A stretch of DNA of 64,000 bases from the NCBI GenBank assembly GCA_002633005.1, contig NMRA01000101.1, positions 713,804 to 777,803 on the forward strand. The letters run 5' to 3'. The first letter of the stretch is position 1. Each line of letters opens with the position of its first letter. Positions 41,501 to 53,500 of this stretch are shown piece by piece. Under the pieces are notes generated by a model that saw only the letters and a list, made by a program, of their open reading frames with translations, searched no databases and was not told the origin of the DNA. The translations under genes were made by a program, and so were the position numbers. Source of the stretch: Phoronis australis. Its lineage: Eukaryota; Animalia; Phoronida.

Positions 41501-44500
41501 GACATGTATAACTAATTTATGCCAATGACACATATAACTAATTTATGCCAATGACACGTATAACTAATTTATGCCAATGACACGTATCACTAATTTATGC
41601 CAATGACACGTATCACTAATTTATGCCAATGACACGTATCACTAATTTATGCCAATGACACGTATCACTAATTTATGGCAATGACAAGTATAACTAATTT
41701 ATGCCAATGAAACGTATAACTAATTTATGCCAATGACACGTATCACTAATTTATGCCAATGACACATATAACCAGTTTGGTTACAAAGACGTATACAACT
41801 AGTTTGATGCCAATAACATGTATTACTAGTTTGTTCCAAATGACTCATATAACATTTTGATGCCAACAAAACATATCATGCTAAACACATTTACAACACA
41901 TCAACTAACTGTCACCTACAAAACTGGCAAGAGTTCAAGATATCAACAGGAAAGACACGGACACACAAGGTAACACTGACAATAGATTAGTGCAAGTTGG
42001 AATATGGGTGTCAGCGACACACAAGGTGACACAATAGGTTAGTGCAAGTTGGAATATGGGTGCCAGTAGTGACCAACCTTTCTTTCTCTCGTAGTTGTTC
42101 GTTCATCAGAGACAGCTGTTCAGAGCTATCGCCTGAGTGTTTCATCAACTCTGAGATTTGATGCTCCTTGGAAATTAAAACAAACCTTATAATAAAACAT
42201 AGAAACATACAAATGTACAGAAATCCAAACTATTCAAAATGTTCAGACCAGGTTGAATGGTGCCTACTTAGTACGTATAATGAAATAAAGCACAACTCAG
42301 AGTCACTCATCCACACAAGTGACCTTCCATGTGTATTATGCACCTGGACTGAGTTGCATAAAGCTTCAAAAGTTATCCGCTGGATAAGTTTGATTGTTGC
42401 ATGACGTCGGGTGCATTGTTGAACAATAATAACGTGACGAGTGATAATGCAACGTCATTGTTGCTATAGGGAGTACATCTTTTATGCAACTGGGCCCAGA
42501 TTGACTGACAGTTACGTACTGAGGATTTTCTGTACATTTTACCTCATGCAATTTTTACACTAAACATCTATAAACTACAAGCCTAGTGTACTCAACTCAA
42601 ATTGACATCGACATTGACAACATAGAAAGCTAACTTAATATTTGTCATAGATGCAAAAACCAATGTGTTAGACATTCAAATGCAGTTTCCATGAACTTGG
42701 GTAAAAGAATGCAACAGAAGCCATCGTATAATTATCAGTTCCCAAATAGGATTTACACTTTTGTTCATCAGCTTAAGAATTACAAGAAAATTATGATACA
42801 ATAGTTGATGACAGATCGACTAAGAGTGACTTACCAGTTTCTTCTTGTCGTCTGCTGTTTGTTCATGCCTCTCCTCGCTTGCACTAACTTCTCTTTGAAG
42901 ATCTGTTGAGAGAGGTAAACTGGAGCATGAGGTGACAGAGAACAACAGGTAGTTGAGGTCACTTAACATGATAATACATGGACCACAGACAGCACAGGTC
43001 ACACACCATGAGGGGCAGACGCCAAAAAAGAGACTCGAAAACAGTAAAAATGGCCACTGGATAGTGCAAATTACCGCGAATCCATCCAAAAACAGGAGAT
43101 AGCGTTATGTCACTAATAGATGCCTATTTGCCAAATTTCAAGATACAGAAGTAAGCGTAAAAAATAAAACTGCCATTAGGGGACACACCGGTAGTTGGAT
43201 CCGCCTGGAAGTTCGCTCATGCCATCCCATTCATGAAAGGAACACATGTGCAAAATTTCCTGAACATATGTCAAAGGGTTTTGGAGNTAGTACGTATAAT
43301 GAAATAAAGCACAACTCAGAGTCACTCATCCACACAAGTGACCTTCCATGTGTATTATGCACCTGGACTGAGTTGCATAAAGCTTCAAAAGTTATCCGCT
43401 GGATAAGTTTGATTGTTGCATGACGTCAGGTGCATTGTTGAACAATAACAACGTGACGCGTGATAATGCAATGGCACTGTTGCTATTTGGCGTACAACTT
43501 TTATGCAACTGGGCCCAGATTGACTGACAGTTACGTACTGAGGATTTTCTGTACATTTTACCTCATGCAATTTTTACACTAAACATCTATAAACTACAAG
43601 CCTAGTGTACTCAACTCAAATTGACACCGACATTGACAACATAGAAAGCTAACTTAATATTTGTCATAGATGCAAAAACCAATGTGTTAGACATTCAAAT
43701 GCAGTTTCCATGAACTTGGGTAAAAGAATGCAACAGAAGCCATCGTATAATTATCTGTTCCCAAATAGGATTTACACTTTTGTTCATCAGCTTAAGAATT
43801 ACAAGAAAATTATGATACATTAGTTGATGACAGATCGACTAAGAGTGACTTACCAGTTTCTTCTTGTCGTCTGCTGTTTGTTCATGCCTCTCCTCGCTTG
43901 CACTAACCTCTCTTTGAAGATCTGTTGAGAGAGGTAAACTGGAGCATCAGGTGACAGAGAACAACAGGTAGTTGAGGTCACTTAACATGATAATACATGG
44001 ACCACAGACAGCACAGGTCACACAGCATGAGGTGCAGATGCCAAAAAAACAGACTCGAAAACAGTAAAAATGGCCACTAGGTAGTGCAAATTACCGCGAA
44101 TCCATCCAAAAACGGGAGATAGCCTCATGTCAATAATAGATGCCTATTTGCCAAATTTTAAGATACAGAAGTAAGCGTAAAAAATAAAACTGCCATTAGG
44201 GGACACAACGGTAGTTGGATCCACCTGGAAGTTCGCTCATGCCGTCCCATTCATGAAAAGAACACGTGCAAAACTTCATGAACATATGTCAAAGGGTTTT
44301 GGAGATAGAGCAGCAGATGCCAGACACCAGATGCCAGATGCTAGATGGACAGACAGGGATTATGGCATAAAAATGGCCACTAGGTGGCACAAAATATATC
44401 AAATCCATCCAAACATGAATGGGCGCCATAGATACTTGAAAATTTTTCAGAAGTCCAAGAAACAGAAGCTAACGTAAGAACTGAAATTGCCACTAGGTGA

Positions 44501-47500
44501 CATACCGCTAATCGGATTCCTCCATGCTGTCCCAGGAACATGTCTCAGAATTTCACGAACATCCATCAAGGTGTTTTGGAGATACAGCATCAGATGTCAG
44601 ACGGACAGACAGACATAATGGCATAATGCACCCACACATAAACATGCGGGTGTATAACAAACTCCAAAATTTCCAAATATTGGAAGCTGAGAGACTTGTG
44701 TGATATGTCAATGTTTTAAATATGTAACCGATCAAGAGCTAGTCTCCCTTACAGCTACTTCAAATCACAGTGGTTAACACAGAGCTTAACACAGAAGCAA
44801 GAACTTAATTTAATGAGTGTTGTTTAAAGTCATAAACTGAAGAGCATTAAAGACTAGTCCCAAATGATGTGGTAGCCAATGGTTATAAACTGAAGACCCA
44901 ATGTTTGATCTGTATCTCTTTCATTACAGTAACCAATTTACTGTTATCATCTATGTAAGTAAGATAGGTTCATTAACAACTGCACAAAGCTGTGCAACAA
45001 ACACTGGCAGCACTTGGTTCACATGGCTGGTTTCACCGGCTCAACTGGTTGAGATATTTGACGTCTGCCAGACACGTGTGGAGATGGTGACATCTACTTG
45101 ACATGCATACTATTGTATTTAGTGGAGATGGTGACATCTAGTTGACATGCATACTATTGTATTCAGTGGAGATGGTGACATCTACTTGACATGCATACTA
45201 TTGTATTCAGTGGAGATGGTGACATCTACTTGACATGCATACTATTGTATTCAGTGGAGATGGTGACATCTACTTGACATGCATACTATTGTATTCAGTN
45301 TTGGATCCGCCTGGAAGTTCGCTCATGCCATCCCATTCATGAAAGGAACACATGTGCAAAATTTCCTGAACATATGTCAAAGGGTTTTGGAGATAGAGCA
45401 GCAGATGCCAGAAACCAGATGCCGGATGGACGGACATGGATTATGGCATAAAAACGGCCACTAGGTGGAACAAAATACATCAAATCCATCCAAACATGAG
45501 TGGGCGCCATAGATACCTAATTGCCAATTTTTCTGAAGTCCAAGAAACAGAAGCTAACGTAAGAACTGAAATTGCCACTAGGGGACATACCGCAATTCGG
45601 ATCCCTCCATGCTGTCCCAGGAGCATGTCTGCAGAATTTCACAAACATCCATCAAGGTGTTTTGGAGATACAGCATCAGATGTCAGACGGACAGACAGAC
45701 ATAATGGCATAATGCACCCACACATAAACATACAGGTGTATAACAAACTCCAAAATTTCCAAATATTGGAAGCTGAGAGACTTGTGTGAAATGTCAATGT
45801 TTTAAATATGTGACCGAACAAGAGCTAGTCTCCCCTACAGCTACTTTAAATCACAGTAATTAACATAAAGCCTAACACAGAGGCATGCACTTTACTTAAT
45901 GAGTGTTGTTTAAAGTCATAAACTGAAGAGCACTAAAGACTAGTCTCAAATGATATAGCAGCCAATGGTTATAAACTGAAGAGCCAATGTTTGATGTATC
46001 TCTTTCATTACAGTAACAAATTTACAATTATCATCTATGTAAGTAAGATAGGTTCGTTAACAACTCCAGAAAGCCGTGTAACACACACTGGCAGCACTTG
46101 GTTCACATGGCTGGTTTCACCGGCTCAACTGGTTGAAATATTTGACGTGTGCCAGACACGTGTGGAGATGGTGACATCTACTTGACATGAATACTATTGT
46201 ATTCAGTACCTGATACTCTCCTCTTGAGCTCCTGCACTTCACTGAGCAGAGACGAAGAGTTGGTATCGCTTGATGCTAATCTACCCATTAATTCTGCAAA
46301 AAAACATGTCGAGTAGATTGCACATCAGCCAGTTCACAAACAATACAAACATATAGGCTCAAACACATGTTCCCTTCATTTGCGGTCCATTCAAACAATC
46401 AATTAATATCAAAATGTTGAGTGTTCTAGTTGGCCAGGTCCGGACATCTGCAGTTTAGATCCAAACGTCAAATAAAGGGACCTTGACCTGAGATCCAGTT
46501 TTTTGTGAACTCAGGCGTGAACTCAGCCTTTAGAATTTTCTACTCGTCGTTCTAACCAGAATTGAGTTGCACTCAACACACGAGGCTAGAAAATATGTTT
46601 GTGACATCGGGCACACTTAACACAAGACTGAAATCAAGTTGTGGAGAAAATCTACCTTAAGTTAGAAATTTGAGTCGGAGTCAAGAGTGCCCAAAACACC
46701 AGAGTGCGACAGTCTGAGAGGACTTGTGTCTACAATTAGCAACCAGCTGACCTGGTGAGATGGCAGTGATAGACAACTGATCGTAGCGCGATAGCCTGAG
46801 AGGACCAGAAAACTACATATATTTGTGTGTAGCACTAACAACCAGTTGCAGTGTGACTGACATGACTCACCATCAATAGTTTCCTCTTGTTTCTGCTTCT
46901 TCTCTTTGTAATCTGATACTGTCTCTTCCTAAAAACAGGGAAGAAAACACACAACTTATAAAGCTTTGCCATTTTCTTTGACGAATGCAGTGGCACAATA
47001 TATCTAATTTTAAAAAATTAAAAATTAATAAAATTGCATGGAAGATTTTTTATCTAAAACATTTCCATTGTGTCATTTTAATGGTATTCCAGAGCTTACT
47101 AATACCCCTGTTGCAGCAAGCCAGAACAACATGCAGCTTGCAGAAGCACTAAGCGGGTGCAGCTTAGAACGGATAGTTGCAACACATGAAGTCAGACCAT
47201 GCCCACAACTGTTGCCCACTAGCAAAAAGCAAATAAAGCGATAGTTCCTTGAAAGAGTACATCAGCAACACCAATGTATTTTCAGTAATATTTCACGGAA
47301 ACTTTTACTACATTGCCCAGCACTATCAAAATGGGGCCCCCAGTAAGAAAATTGAACTACAGCAGGAGTATATCCACAATAGCAGACCTTTCTGCCAATT
47401 CATATATTAGGCCAACCAATTGACAAGTTAAGCTTCATTCACAGATAAGTGATTGATTCAAACAACGTTGTGAGCATCAGCAGTTGTTTGGCCTTATACT

Positions 47501-50500
47501 TTTGGTAAGAAGACTAAGGTGGCTCTGGTAAGCGACTTCATAGAACAAATGGCAGTGTAACAAACTAACTCCATGCTATTTGTAAGCATATGAAAAGGTT
47601 GTTAATGTCCATTATTTGTTCAGTACTAGAAATAGGGAATTGTGTGGGGTTCAACAACGATGTCACTTTTCACTAAGTCACAGGCGCTGTCACGTAGACT
47701 TCATAATCGCGTGTATGTTTTTTAATTCAAAATAGATACTCAACAGAAAAGAAAAATAATTGTGAAACTTTAATGGGCCATGAAGTCTGCTAAGTTCTTT
47801 CATACACAAGAGATACGATTCTTCCTTTGTTCTTTTTACATAATTGACCTGCATTCCAAGTGACCACCTTTACACTTTCTTTAGCAACCAATGCTTGTAG
47901 GACAAGATGGTGGATTGTCATAAATGTTCCAGCACCTTAATTGGCTGGAATAGCTTGATTGACATGCCAGAACTATCCATTTTCGCTAAAGTACATTTAT
48001 TCGTACCAACCCATAACAAACAGGTTCCAAAGCTAAAACAAAATTTATAGGCGAAAAGCATAATGACGAAGTTCCCGCTTACTAGAAGCTAATTTAAAAG
48101 TGATTGAAACATAAAAGCCTTCTCCCATCCTGAGCCTTGTTAAAGCACTAACTAAGCATGTTAAGAGAACACAGTACAAAGGTAAAGCCTGGTTGTCATG
48201 GGTAAATGAATGAGCCAAGGATAGTGAGAGAGGGCAGCGTACCTTACCAAAGACAGACAAGGTGAGACATAGCAACTCTTACTAGTGTTAGTGCTCATCC
48301 GAGAACAGACTGGATAACTCATTCATTCCACTTATCTGTGAGAAATGCAGCACATATTACGCTCGTTGTGAAATAAAGGATACAAACTTACAGATTGAGA
48401 AATGTTGGATATATAATGCCTACTGGCGTAAAATATAGGACTTATACGTTATCTGTGAAAAATACAGGATATATCATACTCATCTATGTGGAATATTATA
48501 CATGAGAAACATAGGACACATTCTGCTTATTTGTGTGAAATATAGGATGAACAATGCATATCTGTGTGAAATACAGGACATATGCTTATCTGTGAGAAAT
48601 ATAGGAAATATGCTTATTTGTGTAAAATATAGGGCATATCACGCTTATCGGTGTGAAATACAGGATGTATGCTTATCTGTCAAGACTATCCACTATTTGC
48701 ACTATGGTGGGTCTGCAAAAATTATTGTTGTGCATTGTTGTTTAGCACGCAATGCCTCATTTCGGCATCAATTTTAACAATGCAAACGAGAAAGAGCTCC
48801 TGTTCCAAACATGCAGAACCATATGATTGTAGTTTGGACACAATGCCTAATTTCCAAGCATAATGGTGAATTCAATAGACATGAAAGTAGCTAATAGCAC
48901 ATATCATGCTTATTTTTGTGAAATTTAGGACATACTTAACTGTGTGAAATGCAGAAATTATATAACATGCTTGTTTTGTGTGAAAGATAGAACATATTAA
49001 GCATATTTGTGCAAAATGTACAACATGTTATGCTTATTTATGTGAACTATACGCCACAATATCATTATTTAGCTAGAAGCAATCTTGATACACAAGAATA
49101 AATACCAACAAACAGAGACACAAAGCACTGGATACTTATTAATATGAGACGGTAACACATGTCAACTCATTCATTGATCATGTAAATGAGGACAAAGAAA
49201 AGATGACAACCAGTTAAAAGCAGCAACACATATGAAAGCAGTTTTTGCTTATTTCAGGGAAAGGGTAGAAGTATTTGAAAACTAGTACGGTACTAACACC
49301 AAGACTGCCCATTCAATACCAATATTCATTTATGATATCAAATGTTATCACCAAGCCATATTCAATATGACTGAACATGCCTTACCGAGAATTGGTTAAC
49401 TTATTCAAAATTTGAACGTCAAACTCAGTACCAATATATAAACGTGCATGTCATCCAGAAATAGTTTTAAGGAGGCAGGCCCAGCATCATTGGCGCGTGA
49501 AACTTTTCATTAAAGTACTATAATTGCTTAAATCTAGTCAACTGCAGCAGTAAAACTGTGAATTGAATTCAGATTCCAACACAACAGCAGTGCAGACCAG
49601 CTAATCACCTTGCACTTAACATGCTGGATTGCAAAAGGACTGAAAAAAATCGTAAATCTTGGCCATAGGCCATCTAACTGACTCAAAGATATAAGGCTCT
49701 TGAGTCAACAGACACATAGGCAAGTTTTTCTAAAATGATTCCTAGCCATTTTGTCATAAAAAGGAAAACTTCATCAAAACACTGAATTGCCTGCCAACAT
49801 TGTGAACTGAGTATGCAGCAAGTCAAGTGTCACGTTCTCACTTCATTTCAACCCCACCATAAAAGAAGACACAATGCCATGTAAACCCAATGAACCTACT
49901 ATCAAAGCATGTTCTACATCATCACAGAAGTCAGCCAACTACAATGAACCCATTGTACGTACAAATCGTAGACTTCAGTGTGTACGTGAACCTGTTTCTC
50001 ATCGATTTCAATCATTCAATTTACCACGTCTTTGATTTCCGTCACTAAGTTATTGTTATTCAAAAAACGACCGGGAGGCGGTGGGTCAAACAAACCATAA
50101 GGATACAGCCGCAGGGTGCTTCCTATAATAAGGGGTCAACTTAGAACAGCTATGAACCCACATTCCTACAGAAACAAATTGACTTAGATCATTTACCATT
50201 ACTAATTGTTACTCAGTTAAATTGAAGCTAATTTCAAGGTTTCGAGCACAGTGACAGTGGGCTATAGTTTGAGATCAGACTCTACAACTTGGCTTGTCAC
50301 GGCATGGTCTCAACAAATAATGAAATATCAGAAATCACCCCTTATCATAGTAAGGGTCACCTTGAGACTAATTTCATGGCAGAAAGTGATCTAAAAGTTT
50401 GCTTCTTGGATGTAATGCATGGTAATAGTAGTTTTAAAGAATTCTGGAGGTTTTGGATGATGTTCGGGATCTAAATGACTTATTAGATAAATTATCTGAA

Positions 50501-53500
50501 TCTCATATTATTTTTGGACAACTGAAATAAATCCAAATATAAGTATTGCTCAAACCAGCATTTCTGAAAACGGAACTTGATGGTACATTAATTCCCAGCA
50601 TTCTTAATACAAATTTGCCCTCTTTTTGTATTCGAGACCCAAGGTAAACTTGACTTCTGATGGGGCACACCAGTAGGACTTGGAAATCAAAACAAAATTG
50701 TCCCTGCTACAGTCGGAGGGCTCGACGTGCATTCCACATACTAAAAGTGCTGACACTTTGGCAGAATAATTTTTAAAGACCCCTGGATAATTTCTCTGTC
50801 ATTGTTGCACAGTTGTAAATGGCTTCAATTGTCATTCTTGCATAACTTTTGGGTATCAAAACGAGCAGGCTTTTCTGCTTGTAGGCCTAGGAATGCCTAG
50901 AAAGTTTTTTAATTTAACTCAATCGTCTTCCAGACAGTCACAATTTCCGTATTTAATGGAAATATAGCATTACCGACTTTCCATGGGCTTTCACTGTGCT
51001 TTACGCATCAGAAAGCAGTCTTACAAAAAGACTTCTCACAGCACACATCAAAGTTTGATAAACACAAAGCTCATAATCAGGCTCAATTAGACAAATGCAG
51101 ACAAACTCAAGAAAAAAACAGTCACAAATGGCCACTGGAAGCAGGTCTATTCCATCGGGCACTCCAGCATGGCAATTTTGTACCAGCACCCCAACTGACC
51201 CCATTCATCAACGGATTCTTCAAATAATGACAGCAAACTCATGAAGTTAATCCCTAAGAATTGCCCATAACGCTTTTAGAAATAAGGACAGGTGACAAAA
51301 ACAAGGACTTAACTATTGGCAGTCACAGCAAAGAGTGGCCACAAATTAATGCGACTTAAATGTTAGGCTTCTTGAATGCTTGAACATTTAGTAATACTAT
51401 CTAATTTTTCCTAAGCATGGTTTTCACTTGTCTAAATAGGCACTTCAGACTGTTTTATTTGCTAAATACTAATTAAACAAACACCAATTAAAGCTGGAGT
51501 TCGATAAAAGACGTCATGCATTTCCGAACACATCCATTAGCTGGCTCCAGCCAACCAGGCTCCACCAGCACTATTGCAGACATGCAAACCAAAACATTGC
51601 CATGTTTCCAAATGTAACTATTGCCTCCCACAAATGTTCTTAATGAAATATTTATAAATTCTTAATGAAACAACAAAGGACCATAACAATTGACAGAAAA
51701 AATCGTGAATAACAAACCATTCTTGAAGTAAAGACATTAAGAGTCGCACTGAGGGTTGTTAATGAGCACTGTATAAATATTATTATCTTCATGTCACAAT
51801 AGTATGAAAATAAAACAAAAATTTGCAAGTTTGTTCATTGCTTTTTAAATTACTTTAATAGACAATTTGTCATCTAAAGCTAGGCATGATTGGCGCTATA
51901 TCTTTTGTTTTAGTTATCAGTAACCACACCAGGAACCAGTGCACAACACTAGTCCATCCTAGATTTAGATACTCACCAATTCACTCACTATAGATTGTAC
52001 ATTTTTCAAGGATTTGCTTTCGTTGGCAAGTTGTTCTTCAAGCTCTGAAATCTTCCGCTGTTTTGCACTGAGTTCCTCTTCTACCCTGCTAGCCTAAATA
52101 TACAAGAGCAATGCAGTGAGCGTTGATATGTGCCCACAGTGTGCATCGCATATAGCACAGATACAAGGGCTGATTACTATTTTAAACATTCTCACTAAAT
52201 GGAGCAATGCTAATAAACTTAAAATAGCATCTAAGGGGTGCAATTTGCAAGTCACCAATGCTCTCCTCAATAAGACAACATCTGCCAACCCCTACAAAAA
52301 TTAGAGCTGGCACTAGGGTGCGCAGTGGTAGTCACATACGTCCAAACATCATCATGTGTTGCCACATTCATAGAAGTACACTTGCCAAAGTTCACAAATA
52401 TCCAGTAGGGAGAAACAGCTGCAGATGCAAAAAAGCAAACTGCCACTAGGGGGTGCCACAGTAGCCATACTGTCCAAAAACCATGCTCTTCCCAGTAGGA
52501 ACACATTTACCAATTGCCATCACGATTCTCAGAGTTGTTTGGCAAATAGAGAGATGGACGCCAAACTAAAAAATGATAAAAAGGTCACTACTACTTGTAC
52601 CCTAGAATGTCAAATCCATCTGAACACAAAAAGGTGTCACCGCCTCAGTAATAGAATTTACCTATTTGCCAAATTTCATAAAAGGAACTTCAAAAATACA
52701 AAGGGGGCACAGCAAGAGTCAGATCCATCCAAACGTCATCGTCATCTGTTATCAGCTTCATACAAAAACACAAGCCAAATTTAATAAAGATTCTGTACAT
52801 GGTTTAAGAGATACAGCCACGAACACAATGAAAGCAAAACTGCCACTAGGAGGAACCACAGTGCTCGGCAACATCCAAAAAGCAAAGTTACATGTCCTCT
52901 TCCCAGTAAGAACACAAACGTCAATTTTCATAACCATCCTAAGAGTGAGTTGGCTGACAGAGAGGCGGATGCTAAAAACAGACTCACAAAAATAATAAAA
53001 ACCCCCGCTAGGTGGCGTGAACTACGTCAAATCCATCTGAAAACAAAAAGATGTCATAGCTACTTTAATAGAAACCTTTTTACCAAATTTCATAAAAATC
53101 CATCCAAGAACTACAAAGATACAGAACACAGAAAAATTGCCCCTAGGGGGCACAATGGTCACTGGATCTGTCCGAAAGTCATCATCACCTGATGTCACCT
53201 TCATATAAAATAATACACGTGCCAAATTTAACAAAGTTCCTACAGAGGGCTTTGGAGATAAAGCCATGGACGCAAAAAACAAAACTGCCACTAGGAGGAG
53301 CCACATTGTAGTCGGAGCTGTCCAAAAACCATTGTCAGCTGTCCTCTTCCCAGTAGGAACGCATATTATGTCAATTTTCATAATCAGCCTTACAGTGGTT
53401 TGGCCTATTGAGACGCAGACGGCAAAAAACAGACTTAAAAACAGAAAAATGGCCACTAGGTGGTGCAAAATATATTGAATCCATTTGAAAACGTGAAAGT

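Noticed and set aside
42835-43921. Two near-identical 68-nt exons suggesting mutually exclusive splicing
   Set aside because: The second copy is inside an N-bounded alternate-haplotype contig; the contigs on either side overlap exactly by 92 nt.
48240-48285. Strong orphan donor (TTTG|gtaagg) in the 5-kb intron
   Set aside because: No convincing acceptor or phase-compatible reading frame upstream.
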